Shown here piece by piece: positions 1 through 13,553 of a DNA stretch of 64,000 nucleotides. The stretch spans positions 868,001 through 932,000 of the forward strand of contig LSRY02000015.1 in the NCBI GenBank assembly GCA_001643675.2. The letters are read 5' to 3'. Numbering within the stretch: the first letter of the stretch is position 1; every line of letters begins with the position of its first letter. A program made the position numbers and the translations under genes. The DNA comes from Monocercomonoides exilis PA203 (taxonomy: Eukaryota; Protista; Preaxostyla). A model generated the notes under the pieces. The model saw only the letters and a list, made by a program, of their open reading frames with translations, made no database searches and was not told where the DNA came from.

Positions 1-2700
1 TTTCCTCACTTTTTTTCTATTTTCTCATGTTCTTTCTTCTTCTTCCTGTCTTTCAGCTTGCCTCTACCAGCTCCTGGATCTTCTTCTGTTCTCCTTAGAC
101 CATGTTCTTTTCAGTCAGTATTCGTTTTATCTGCTCGTCAATCTCTTCTCAGTCTTTCGTGACTTCTGCTCACTCCAGCTCTGTCAGCTTCTTGATCAGC
201 TCATTGTTCTGGAAATAATCCTCTATCATCTTGTTTTCCTCTTCCAGCAGAACGGCTCCTAACGCTCTTTCCTTCCACAAGCCTCCCAAACACTCCCTTC
301 TCTCTTTCTTTTTGTACAAATAAGATTTCTTTCTCGTTTTTGTTGGTTTGTTTCTTTCTTTTTCCATTTTTTCTTTTCTGCAATCTCTTTCAGTCTCATT
401 TGCACTTTTTTGGAAGCTCTTTCTTTATATTCGATTTTCACTTTCTGGAATTTTTTGCGTATTAGATTGACTTCCAAAGATATATCCGCTTTCTGTTTCT
501 TTTTGGTGAAATTTCTCTTCTTCCAATTGAACATCTCTTGTTTTGCTCTCTTTCTGTCCATCAAAAATTCTCGTTTCTTTCGCCAATGGCTTTCACAGAC
601 ACAGCTTTCAATCTTTTCTCAAGCTGAAACTCATATTTTTCTGTCTCTCTTTCGTCATCTCTAGTGTCACTTCCTTTCCCCCTTCTTCTTCTCATTGTTC
701 ACCATCTCTTCTTCACCTTCTTCACGGCTTCTTTATTGATATCCGATCACTTGTTTCACTTGTCCATGTTCCCCCCCTCTTCAGCTGTCCCAATGCAAAT
801 TGAAGCTTAATCTTTAACTTCCGCGAAAAATTCACGAAATGTCATTAATCCAACCCCGTTTCGCTCCTGAGCCATTTCTCTTAAATGAACAAAACATGAT
901 ACTCGAACGCCCAACACATATCTCAATGAATTATACACAGAGAAGATGTCCATTTCGCACAAAACGTCAGAAACAGGTGATGATAACTTGGCAGCATAAA
1001 GAGAAGTCAGCGCAGATGATAGATGTGCCTGTGGAGCAAATGTCAGTGACATTTGTGAAGAAGTGTTCGAAGAACAGTGAGCTTTTCCAATGTCAGAAGA
1101 CTTTTATCACTTGAACAATCCATTGGAGATCCGAAAATATAATTTGAAGGCAATGTGATCTTTTGCTCTTTTCTTTTCTGGCGCATTAAAGAATTTGGTG
1201 TTTCAAACCTTGCATTTTGTATTTTTTTCTTCGATTGCTCTAACGATATAAGCTGAAGATAGTGAAAGAAGATCTCAATTTCCTTAAGATGCTCAGCACA
1301 GTTCTCTTTGTTCTGAAGTTGCAACTGCATTCCCAAAGGAGGCAGACGAGCTGCGCTGCCTTGCATGTTCGTTGCTCCTGTTGGAATAAGCCCTTGAATT
1401 CATTGAATATCCTGTGATTGCATAAACACCTGTAGAACTATTCCCTGTTGATAATTCAATTGAACTGAGACTGAACCACAGCCAGAAGAATAGCCAGAAA
1501 ACGTATTCAACAACAGAGGAAGAGTGACGTTCACTCCGCTAACTTCATTTGCATCATTCATCCTTCTTCCTCCAGCACTTCCGTTTCGCGTCTCCCTCAG
1601 CTGCCCCAAGTTCCCTTTGTTCTTTCTTGTTGTTCCTTTCGTGGCAGACGTTGTTGGAGTGAGGTTGTACATCCCAAACGCCTCTCTCTCCTTCTCCTTC
1701 TGCAAAATCCTTATCTTCTGCTCCGCTTTTGCCTGAGCTGCTCCCTCCAGTACCTGCTTCGTGATCTCGTTGAGCTGAATGCAACTGGTCAATGTTCGCG
1801 ATTGTAGTGTTAACGCAGCAACTGCTGAAAGCGTATCAACAGGCTGCCTTGCCAGCGCCAACAGAAACTTCTTCTCTTCGTTTCTCGCTTTTTCCAGGAC
1901 AGGGCGGAACTGCACAAGTCGAGAGGCTATTTGAATGCCCCGTGATTTCGTCATGCGCTCAATGACGCTCACTCTCGGTGGGTGCTTGCGGATGCTTGGT
2001 AGATGCGGGAACTTTCCAGAGAGGAGGAAGAGGAAGACTGAGAAGGCACAGGATAGGTAGAGGAAGTTAGCCCTTTTATTTTTCCCAGTTGAGAGTGCTG
2101 TGTGGAAAGTGAGGCGACGGTGGAGTGATCATCAATGCCGCCTAAGTTAAAGTTGAAGGCAACAACAGAAGATGAAGAAGAAGGTGTACCATTCACAGAA
2201 GATGAACGGCATGTCGAAGGAAAACGATAATACAAAAAGATCTGAAAAACTTTTGAACTTGCTTCAAAATTATTCACAGCAAAAGAAGTGGAAGTATTCT
2301 GATTTTCAATTGAAAATTTCGAGATGGAGGAAGTGAAGATCGCTTTTCTGTTATTGCACTGAAGTGAAGTATCCACAACTTGTGCAGCTATCGGTGCATG
2401 CAGCTCCACAACACACACACATTTCTCTCATTCTGCAATTTTTCCCCTGATCGGCTGAATCGTTTAAACCTGCAACTTGATCAGCGGATGGCTCTCTTTC
2501 CAGTCATGCAGGATCCCTCTCTTCTCTCTTCTCTCATTCGCCCTATTCCGCAGCGCCAGATGCGGTTTTGTGCGCGGACACGCCAGGTGCACCAGCCTCC
2601 GCTCCATGCTCCAACCTGTCACACTCATAAAGTTAATTCGCTCATGCTGCTATAAATATTGCTGAGCAGAAAGAGGAAAAAGAGGAGCCTAGAATTGTTG
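1..2700 (-). pseudogene. Mosaic of decayed protein-coding fragments (coiled-coil/K-E-rich and Ser-rich pieces), no intact gene
   Basis: Coding-like composition broken into short ORFs (259-564, 1043-1366, 1400-1972, 1969-2418, mostly minus strand) by stops and frame changes; no family motif recognised. Confidence 0.4.
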
Positions 2701-2869
2701 TCGATTTTTCATGTACAAGCGGCTCTGCACCTTCCTTCGCGATGAAACCGTCTCCCGCCAGCAGAGCTTGCATTACAGTTTCCATGAATGTGATACCTTC
2801 TGTCCATCACTTCCTTCTCTTAACTGCTCCTCCTCCAACATTCTCGTTTATCTCATTCATTGAACTGTA

Positions 2870-3330
2870 TCCGCTTCCCAACTTTATCTGAAGCAGAACC
2901 AAATGAACTATTTTCATTTGTTTGGAAGCTCCAGAATATCATTTGCTTCCCAAAAGCCGGTGCAATCCCTCTCATAGCAGGGCGCTCAAACAGAGGGAAA
3001 TAAGACGCCTATGCATTCAGCCGCTCCACATCAGTCACGTAGAGTCTATAGTCGATGCTAGTCCCACCTTCGTTCCGCAGCACAATGGACTGCATAGGTG
3101 CATCCACCTCGCCGATGTGTGCATACTCCAGAAAGTGCATCTCTGTCATCTTTGCACCTCGTCCACTCTTTAATGAAACATGCGCATCAATTGGACTCAG
3201 CGAATGGCACGCGATCTTCAAAACGTGTTGCTTCCCTGCGGAGCAGCACCCAAATAGAGAGTCAAACGCAGCAGATTCTGCAACAGACTCAAAAAGGCTT
3301 CTGCGTAGTGCAGGCCATCGTAGCTGTTAA
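2870..3330 (-). pseudogene. Decayed fragment resembling a CFAP65/hydin-type Ig-like (ASH/MSP) flagellar protein segment
   Basis: Minus-strand HFLEYAHIGEVDAPMQSIVLRNEGGTSIDYRLYVTDVERLNA*ASYFPLF..GIAP resembles the IG..PP.Q...L.N.G...Y...F.C..P.G.I pattern I recall for CFAP65; internal stop present. Confidence 0.3.
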
Positions 3331-4095
3331 TTGTCTCATCAGCAGGTGAAAGCTCGTTTGCAAACACGTGGTTCATCTGGCTCTTAGAAAGATCTATTCA
3401 CGCAATCACCTTCTCCGTGTTGTGAATGTGAACATCCACAACAGCTTCATATGGAATTATCCCCAATCCAGTCGCTACTCATAATGCAGTTTCGTTGTGT
3501 TTGAATTATATTCATAACATTTCTCCGGTTTTTTGCTCTTCTTCCCGACTCTGTAACAATAAAGAAGAAGCAGGAGAAATGCAAACAGATTGAAACGGAC
3601 CGTTAATTCCTCTATCAGCTTTGAATTTCTCTGAACATCCACCTCTTTTGACTTTGTCATTTCAATCACACGCACAACACGGCATGTGTACAATACACGA
3701 AGCACAGGGCGGAAAAACACTTTGAGTCTTTCGTGCGATCTTGTTGAAATGACTTCGCTTTGTGGCAAAACCGATATAATAGGGAGAGTAGTTGAAAGAA
3801 AAGCAGAAAGAGAAGAAGCAGACGATGATGGCAATAAATCAGCATTGCGTGTTTTGAGAGAAAGGAACGAAGAAGCAGGCAAAGAAGAAGGAGAAAAAGA
3901 AGAAAAAGCAGAAGAAATGGAGGTTAAAAATGATGAAAGATTCATCAAATTATTTGACATAAATGAAGAACATTTTGGAGTGAAAAAGATGAGGAAGAAG
4001 AAGCATTACAGAAGATATGAATCATATTTGAATTTTGTTTACCAAAAGACAAAGTTCCTTTCCAGAAAAATCAAATCAATTAATATTGTCATTCA

Positions 4096-4255
4096 CCCAT
4101 TTCGAATTTTAATTTTTTCGTTGATCGGGAATTTGCAGAATTGATTATTTTTTGACTGTGAATGGTACAAATGATATAAAGAAGAGGTAGATATGCGCAA
4201 AAACGATTTCTGCAAATTCCCTTGTAATTAAAATCTTTCATTGATCAATAAGATC
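4096..4255 (+). repeat. Left imperfect terminal inverted repeat of the USP-transposase element
   Basis: Pairs with 18348-18507; contains an internal inverted pair AATTTGCAGAA / TTCTGCAAATT (putative transposase sites) also present in the right arm. Confidence 0.75.
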
Positions 4256-4770
4256 AAAGTGAACATTTTTCAGAATGATTATTTTTTCAAACATTTTATA
4301 ACAAATATTACTAATTAAAAATTTCAATCGATGAAATGAATTTTCATTGTTTATTATTTGTCATTATGGAAAAAAGAATATTTAGAAAAATTTTATCATT
4401 TTCCAGAAAAATAAAAATTTTAAAAAAAATCCTATTTCAACAAAATCATTTTTTAAAATTAACACAAAAATAACTATAATGTTTAAGCCTTTGTGACTTA
4501 CTGACTTTTAATGATAAAAATTTCGATTCTGACTGACTTTTTCATTTTTTTGAGTCAAAGCAATATTTTTTTTATTTGGAATATATTTTATTCAGTTTGA
4601 AAATTTTTTCACTCATAATATTTTTTTGAATTTCAAATATCCAAATCATAACTTCATGGAAAAAAATTTATTTGAATATTTTGTTAATGATGGGAAATGA
4701 CCAGATCAACAATTAGGGAATTTCCAAGTCAGTGACTTGTTGATCTTTTTGTGTCTCAGTCAAAAAAGTC

Positions 4771-7753
4771 ATGTCAGGGCCCATCATTTTAAACAAGGAT
4801 TCACTAATCAAAGAGTTTCAAGATGCACTAACAGATTCGAAAATTGTTTTATTGTTTTTTATCTTGCATTTTTTGTATAACATTTTTTTATTAGGCTATG
4901 AGTTATTTGAGAAAACTCGATGAATTAAAAAAATACGGATGCAACTTTTTGAATCTCACTCTGATGGAACGAAATGAAAAAGGAGCAGGTTTGCTTGTGA
5001 ATATCTTTTATTTTGATTTACGATAAAAATCATTCAAAGTTTACAAACATCCTGTTAAAGAAAATGAGTTTTTAACAAAAGTCACATTGGAAGTTGTAAA
5101 CGAAAAATTATGGATATCTTACATCCCATCAAACGAATGCGGAGCGCCAGTTAGGGAATATCACAAACAATACCTTTGTCCAAATGCAAGAGGAGATGCA
5201 GTTTGCGGTGTCAGTGGAAGAAAAAAATATGCTGGAATCAAAAATCATCATTGTTCAATTTTTCTAACACAAAATATCACAACTTTCTCACAATTTTCTT
5301 CTGTGATTAAAAATCGTGATGATCCAACCAAAAAATTTGATAATTCAATTAACAACACAAGCACAAATTTGGAATTTCTATTTGCGCAAATTGTGAGTCA
5401 TTGCAACATTTCCATAGCTTCTGCATCGTCGAAAGAATTTAACAATTTCATAACTGCCTTAATAAAAATTTCTCAAGAAAATCCAGACAAACATCCCACA
5501 AAAATATTCCCATATTTAACTAGTAGAAAATTAAGCAGCTTGATTATTTCTCAAAGTGAAATCGCAAAAGAAAAGAGGGCGAAAGAATTATTCGGAAAAT
5601 GCATTTGCGTAATGATGGATGGTGGAATAGTTGGAGGACAAAAATGTACCGTTGTTACAATTGCTCCTCTGTCACTAGAAACTACGACTTTTTTTTGGAA
5701 AGTTTATCCTCCTTGTTTCAATGCTAGTCACTATAGAAAATTAGCCTGGATCATAATAAAAGAATTGGAATCATTACATGCAAGTGTTAGGTGTTTCTGT
5801 TCAGATGGTTTAAAACCTCAGAAAAAAGCACTGGAAAACTTCTCTACATCACTTGAAGAATATGAAGAATCTTTGCTATCAAAAATTAAAGTTGCTCCAT
5901 TTTTTATTTATTGTTCTAACCATCTTTTAAATTTAGTCATAACAAAAGCTTTCACTAAAATTGATTTTCTTAGACAAATATTGAATGATCTTACATATTT
6001 TGCAAAATATGCCCATTCTTCGGCAATCAGAAAGTTACTAAAGCAAAAATGTCCTTCATTTGTTCAAACGAGATGGCTTTGTTTGTACACAATTTGCTCA
6101 TTTATAAGGAAAAACTGCGAGGACATTTTAAAACATTCGTTGATTTCTTCAGATAAAGTGTTAAATTCAGTATTGATGGAATTATTGTTATTTCCTATTC
6201 ATAGGCTTCAACTTTTTTTGGAAAACGATCAAACAAAACTTGGTGAAATTTTCCCTATGATCCTTCAAACAATTGGAATTTTATATGGAATCAAATCCTT
6301 CCAAAGATTCAGATCTTCAAATTGGCAAAATGCAATTACTAATATTCTTGTTCTTATGCATAACCATTTTTTATTTGGAAAAACAGGTGAAATGATATCA
6401 CTGGCACACGCTTTAACACCAGTTGGAATTCAAAAGTTCATAAGAAATGAATTTACAAATTCATTTATTGAAGCAAAACACGTGATAGAAGAATTGGATT
6501 CAAAAGGAGGAGCAGAACATCCTCTCCATTCAATCAGTGAGCATTCAAATTCGGAAAAAACAATTCTTCAACAAGGTCATATTAATGAAGACAATAGATT
6601 AGTTCGAATGAGATATTCCTCGTTTACGCAACAAAAGGAAATTTTATCACACTCAGATTTTTTCAACTCAACAAATTCTTCTTTTTCATCTTCATTGCAA
6701 TCAAATATATCCAATTGTTCTTCTTCCAGTTTGGATAAAAATCAACTTAGTGATATTTCTTCTCCTTTTCTAATTAATACTTTCTCTCCAATTTCTATGA
6801 CACATAATTTCTATTTATCAAATGATAGTTTCAATCTTGCTTTGGAAAGGTTTCATTCATCTGTTAGAGATGAACAGGTCAGCTTTTTCACAATGTCTCA
6901 GAACCTCAATTGCTTTGATGATATGTTTGAAGATAAGAAACTTGATAACGTCTGTGCAGAAATTATCAAACTCCTTCGAATTGCAGATACAGTCGAAAAA
7001 TGTGAAACACCACAGCAAGAAGAACCAAAAACAATAGAGGAATTTGAAAACGAATCGGATGATTTTGAAGAAGACCCTCTTGGAATTTTGTTGGCAGAAA
7101 GAGATTTGAAAGATCCTGATTTTCAAGTAGCTAATATTTTTGATTCAGTCATGAGATCTCCATCTTCATCTTCATCATCTTCATCATCATCATCTCCATC
7201 ATTATCTTCGTCTTGTTCATCATATTTTTTAACATCATCATCAAGATCATCTGACTCATTTTCCGACACGAATGAATCTTCAAATGTTGCAATTGAATCG
7301 GAAGATGATGAAGTTGAATTGCTTTTTGCAAGCAAAGTTTTCGATATTATCTCACCATCTTCGACTGACAAAGAAGACGAAATGTGCCTCAATATATCTT
7401 CATGCATCACCTCAGATTGGTCCAATAGGATGGAAAGAAGGTTTGAAATATTAATAAACTCAGTTTTATTTAAAGAAGATCAAAAGCTGAAAGAGTTGTG
7501 TCTGAAGATATACCAAAGTGAGATGAGTGCATCGCCAAGTTCTGTTGTGGAAGATAATGCTCAAATCTATTATGTAAATTTATCTAAGAAAAGTTTCAAT
7601 CACACCATATATTCGAATATTTGTTTTTCTTTTGTTTCATCACCGTGCAGCGAAGCAAGCTGTGAACGAATTTTCTCGAGGATGAAAAGAATAACTGGAG
7701 ACAACAGACACTCTCTTTCATTCAACACTCTCAACGCATTGCTTTTAATTTAG
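4771..7753 (+). CDS. hAT transposase, ~960 aa; join(4771..4845,4895..4988,5040..7753)
   Basis: Catalytic motifs CVMMDGG (D), FCSDG (D), CSNH (CxxH), QTRW and the C-terminal dimerisation motif SEASCERIFSRMKRITGDNRHSLS (E). Two GT-AG introns (49 and 51 nt) splice in frame into ORF 5087-7753. Confidence 0.9.
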
Positions 7754-7928
7754 TTTTTCTTTATTCATTTTTTGCAATTTTGTTCATCTAAGTATTTTTA
7801 GACACATTTCATTTAATGAAACTTTCAAATAAATCTCAATAAATAAGGAAAAAAAATACATTATCTTTTTCATAAGAACAATTATGAAATGAACACAATA
7901 AATAGAAATAACAATAAAACTATTTTCT

Positions 7929-10401
7929 TTGAACAATCCACTTCAATTTTTATCTCCTCCTCCTCCTCCTCCTTTTTCTCTTTTCTCTTCTTCTTCTTCC
8001 GATGCGAAGAAGAAAAAGGAGAGCAAACGAAGCAGCACATCTTCACTGGGTGTGGATGCTAACTCCTTCGTATATTTAGCAAAAGCTGTTGATTTCTCCA
8101 TTGTTTTCCTCACTTCTTCTCTTCTGACAATCGAAGCATTGTCCACACAGAAACATGCAGATGTTGCTGAAGTCAGCAGAATTTACGTGGCTCTGCTGCC
8201 ATTCGTGTTGTCCATTGCTAATTAATCAGAAGATGATGAAGTTTTGAATTCATCCTTTGGAAGGTGTGGGGGAGAGAAGAGGGTTCAAATAGGGAAGAAG
8301 AGGAGGAGGAGGAGGAAGAAGAAGAAGGAGAAGGAGAAAGAGAAGAGTTATTATTATTGCTACAACCACTCAAACACCATACGGCATAATCTCTGAGAGT
8401 TTTGTGTGATTGATCAAACATCTGCACACACCTTCCGCACATCTGCCTCCAGTGCTGTTAGCGATGCTCTTTCCTCCTTCGTCTTCTGCGTCTCACAAAT
8501 CAGCATCGTCCTCTACTCCTTCTGCAAAGAAAGAACAGCTTCCTCTCTTTTCCTCTCGCTCAAGCGCTGTTTGTCGCAATATCCACTTCTCTTTGACATC
8601 CTCACTGTTGGCAGGCAAAGTTATTTGCTCACAAAATATTTGCCTTCTTCTTCGCTTCGCTTGGCTCGTGTGTTTGCATTCTCTTCAGATGTGCATAGTT
8701 TCCTCTGGGATGTGAAGAAGTGCTGCTCGGTTTTTGGTGATTCTTCTAATGTTTCCTCTTCTTCATCTTCTTCTTCTTCCTCTACTGCTTCTTCAAAAGC
8801 ATTGTCATCCTCATTTTCCTCTTCTCCATCTCCATCATCGTCATCTTCCTCCTCTTCGTCCTCTTCTTCTTCTTCTTCATTTATTCTTCCTCGTCTCCAT
8901 CACACAACAAGATTTGAAGCACAAAATGAAACGTTGTTTGAAATGTGTTCAGAAGAAATGTGGAACAATCGATCTGAAAGTGAAGCTTATAACATTGTGA
9001 ATGCAAATAACAACAAAAATACAAACAAAAGCATTTTTAATTCTTAATCATTAACTGATTCATCATCATCATTTTCTTCTTCTCTGTTTTCTTCTTTATC
9101 TCATTCATCATCCAGCAGTTCCTCCTCTTCATCTTCTCAAATATCCAACAGCAACAACAAAAACAATAACAACTTCAAAATTGTCCTGCCACATCCACAA
9201 AAAAGCCTTCCCCCTCATTCTTCACAATCTTCTTCTCTTCTTCCTTCTTCTTCTTCTTTTTCACTTTCTCCTTTTCCATCTCCATCTTCTCTTCTCCTCT
9301 CCTCCCACCCTCTTTGCACCCAATCCCATTCAACTCTTCCTCCTCCTTTGCCTTTCCCTTCCCTCCAGCCCCTTCATCCAAGCGAACCTCCTTCCACTTC
9401 CAGTCTTCAAGAGCTTTAATCTGCTTTCTTCTTCATTTTGGAGCAGCTCAACAACTTCTCGTTCAATGAAATGCCATCAAAAGAAGAAGCCAGCCGCGAA
9501 AGCGCGGAGAGTGTGATGCTTCTCCTTCAGCAGCTCTTCTTCATCGTCCCAGAGAAAGTGGATGTGAAGATTTCGTGTGGAAGCAACTGCACTTCCCCTC
9601 TGAATGTGCAGATCGAATACAACAAACAGGAACTGAGTGTGGAGTACTACTCACAGCTCAGTCTGTTCTGGGAAGCAGCTGAAAGAGAAGAAATCTCATT
9701 CACATCGCCAACATCGATGGAGTGTAGATTGTTTTCTGAGCTTCTTGTGCACTTGTTCTTTGCCGTGATGAAAGTGATGCATCATCCCGCGTCTCCAGAA
9801 AGTGTCGTGTTAGAGATGTATTCACATTATCAATCGATAAGAGCATACCCAAAACAGGTGAAGCAATTGCTTAGACTGAGCAGCATTCTCCATTCGCCTT
9901 TGCTTGCAAAGCATGTACCTTTGTTAGCATTGACACTGTCATCTTCCTCATCTTCTTCTTTCTCCTCTTCTTCCTCTTCCTCTTCCTCTTTCTCCAACAA
10001 TCACCTCCTCCACCACAACTTCCCAGCCACTCGCACCGATCTCTTCGAAGCAGCAACAGACATGTCCTTCAAATTCATCTCTCTCTCTCTTTCAATTCCT
10101 TTGTGAAATCGCGTCTCAGCTTCGTATTCTAGTTCCTCTTATCCCTCTCCTCTGACATTTCAGTAGCTTTTCTCCTCGCCCCATCCCTTCTCCCTTGTGA
10201 TGCGGCATTCAATGATGAGATTCCTTCTTCTTCGAAACAGCCAGCGAGTCTAGTCATCAACAAAGTGTTTGAATATCTCAAAACAATGGTCAATGAAGTG
10301 GTGGAAGATGCAGCTCAAGCTAATTCTTCCTCTTCTTCCTCATCTTCCCATGACAACTCCAATCCCCACCTCCCCCAGCTCCCTTCTATCTGCGCTGCCT
10401 C

Positions 10402-10435
<34 letters not shown>

Positions 10436-10974
10436 CTCTCTCTTCTTTCGTCCAGCTCCACATCTCCCACACACTCCAGGGTTTTCTTCCTCCTCTCTTC
10501 ACTTTGGCTGATATTCTTACTTTTTGCAATGGCCTTATGCTTCTTTTCTTCCCCACCTCCATCGTTAATAACTTGAAATTCCTTCCTCATTCTGTTTCAG
10601 AAAATGCGTTTTTAACTGATGCTGATGATGATGAAGCTAATTTGCCACACAAATATAAAAAACTTCCTTTTTCTCCGTCTGCTGAGCCGGCAAAGATGAA
10701 CATGTTGATTCAAGTCAGCTCTCCTCTTTCTCTCTGCAACAGCTTCTTTACCTTCATCGATTTTAAATCTGTTCTTTCTTTTTCTTCTCCTTCTAATTCC
10801 TTTTTGTCTTCTTCCTCCTCCTCCTCTTCTTCTTCTCACTCTTCTTCCTCTTCTTTTTCCTCCTCCTCTTCTTCTTCTAATTCTTCTTATTCTTTCCACT
10901 CAGCACAAAACAAACAACTTTCTTGCCCAACTTCTTCATCGAATTTGCCTTTTTCTTCAATTACTGTCAAATGA
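7929..10974 (+). pseudogene. hAT cargo 1: decayed fragment of a large alpha-helical, Ser-rich host gene
   Basis: Collinear plus-strand ORF pieces (7929-8225, 8406-9047, 9438-10106, 10265-10974) with helical, protein-like segments separated by stops and frameshifts in microsatellites. Confidence 0.5.
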
Positions 10975-10988
10975 TCAACTGATATTTT

Positions 10989-12120
10989 CTACTGCTCCAC
11001 ATCTTCAGTTATTTCAATTTGACTTTTCACTGAAGAAATACTCAAACACTCATATTCTTTTCCTGCTGTAACATTCTTATTTCTCGCGTATTCCAATGTT
11101 GCACAACAGGCACGCAAAATGAAAGCTTTGTTCAGCATTTGTGAAAGGCTCCTCTCTGAAAAAATCACTTTCCATGTCTCCGCCTTCACAAACCTCAGCC
11201 CACTCATCCCAAGCGCCTTTACAACCAGCAGCTCCATCGCGTCTTCCAGCTTCCCCTGGTTCTCTTTGATTCTCTCCACAAACTCTCTGTATGTTGTTGG
11301 ATACACGCCTTTTGCCTCATTCCCATCGCCCTCCTCTCTTCCTCCATCTTCCTTTCCCTCTTTTTCTCCCTCTTTTTCTCCCTCTTTGCCTCCCCTTTCT
11401 CCTTCCTCTGCTTCTTCCCGCTCCTTCAGCACATCCAGCACAATCGCTGCTGGTGAGAGAGCCACATCCTCCATCCTCAGCCCCGCCACATCCAGCCCCT
11501 TCTCCACAATCTCCCCCACTTCACACGCTGCAACCCCTCCCCACATCACTTCATCGTCCAGCTTCATATCCACATGCCTTGACTGAGGAGATAGCGACAC
11601 CAGCCTCATTATTTCTGATGGCAGCAGCGAACGAACAAACAAATCGTTGATCGCTGTGAACTCATTCACATCTTCCTAAACTAAGATCAACTTGCTCCCC
11701 AACTTCTTTCTCACTGATGTTGCAAGTGAGTGGAGCGGCACCACCAGCGGAACGGAAAGCATCTCTGAAAGAACCACATTTTGTGTACACACAACACCAC
11801 CATATAGCGCAGCTTGCTGTGCCTCAGCATATCCCTCGAAGTGTCTGCAGCGCTCTCAGAAACAGCTTCTTGTGTTTGCATTTTCTTTAGCTGCCTCTCG
11901 ATCTCTTCCATTGCTGCCCCCTATGTGTATGATGCAGCCACCGCCGAGGCAATCGAAGTGCCAATTGCAGGCTCAGATGAAGATGAAAATATTTTGTCAT
12001 CTTTTGCTGCCTTCTTATCTTCGCTTCTCCGCCTCCAGAATGGGAAAGTTGATAAAGAATACAAAAGATGCTGAACAAAGAGACTTCTGCTTCACATAGG
12101 CAGCCAAATGAATCTTCTTT
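10989..12120 (-). pseudogene. hAT cargo 2: decayed fragment of an unknown host gene, convergent with cargo 1
   Basis: A 226-aa ORF (10989-11669) continues upstream through an in-frame TAG and frameshifts (...LSVPLVVPLHSLATSVRKKLGSKLILV*EDVNEF...; EEIERQLKKMQTQE). Confidence 0.5.
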
Positions 12121-13553
12121 GAGAAAAGTTATATAACAAGTTGGCAGCTCCTTATGAAATGCTAAGATAATATCTTCATTTGAAAAAAGATGTCGATTTG
12201 TTCAAAAAACCGATCATTTTTGAGCTATGGAACAAGAAGGAGCTGAATTTCTTTGAACGATAAATTGAAACTAGCAGATGAAAAATGAAAATAAAAATAG
12301 ATGGATTAGCGAAAACAACAAAGTTTATTAAAGAAGATTGCGTCTCATAAAAGAGATATAAGTGCTATTTTGAATTGATAATAAAAGAGCATTTCTGCGG
12401 GAAAATGGACAAAACATTTAATTTTTTAATCAAAAATTCTTTTATTGTTCCACATGCTTTTGTTTTTGAATGTTGTCCAACAACAATAAGCAATGAAATG
12501 TTGAATTTTTCTCAATCTTAAATATCATAAAAAAAAGTATTCCAAGATTAGCAGTTTTTTCAAATGTTACACAACAAAGAAGTTTGTTTAAAAGAAAGAA
12601 AGCATTTAAAAAATCAGAATGAATTATCAAACGGATGAAATGAAAACAATGAAATAAAAACAAATTGTCAGTTTGTACAAAATGGCTAGAAATCAACAGT
12701 TTTAAGAAGTAAAAAGACAAAAATGTTAAAATTGAATATGATATAATGCTAATTTTGAATTAATATCACAGTATTAGCGAAGAGAAATCTTCTTTATATA
12801 TTTTTCTCTCTATATTATGGTACCGGAATGATCATAATCTGTTGATCTTTTTTGATCAATTATCAATAAGTCACTGACTGACTTGAAACAAAATTTCATC
12901 TTAAGTCACAAAGGCTTAATAATGTTCATTAAAATTTTGATTAAAACAGTAATGCTGATTTTTTGTTTCACAAGTGACATTTTTTATTTTTTTAAAGAAA
13001 AATTTTAATTTTGTTGTTAAATGTTATAATTATTTCAGATGATGAGGAAAAAGAAATAAGAATTATGTCAGTTCAGATTTGTTGGCTAATTTTAGAAAGA
13101 TAATTTTGAATAACAATAATTCATTTTTGGAAGCTCTTTAAATATTTTATTTGGGACATAATATTTGACTTCAGGCATTCTCATTGAAAAATTATGCATC
13201 AAAGATGATCTTTTTGTGATCAAAAAAATTTAAAAAAAATGGGTTTATTTTTTGTAATACATGTGATGTCACACAACATGATGTTATTATATCTATGATA
13301 TTTGCTTGCAGATAAGAAAATCAAATTTATTTTGAAATCTTGTTGAGTTTCGAAATGTTATAAGTGAAACAATTTTTACATGCTTTGTGCATAAAAAGCT
13401 TGAAAGTCCGTATTTTCCCCCATTTGTCAATTTTTCTTTAATTAAACACAAAACCAAAAAAATTTTTTTTTAAAAAAAGAATTATTTATTAAAACAACAG
13501 CATATCAATTTCCAATACCATCAAACCATTATAAAAATACTTTCAAAATTAAA

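Larger units (their letters stand above)
4484..12918 (+). mobile_element. Autonomous hAT-superfamily DNA transposon, 8435 bp
   Basis: Perfect 17-bp TIR TAAGCCTTTGTGACTTA (4484-4500) / TAAGTCACAAAGGCTTA (12902-12918); perfect 8-bp TSD ATAATGTT (4476-4483 and 12919-12926); subterminal TGACT/AGTCA repeats at both ends; hAT transposase inside. Confidence 0.96.
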
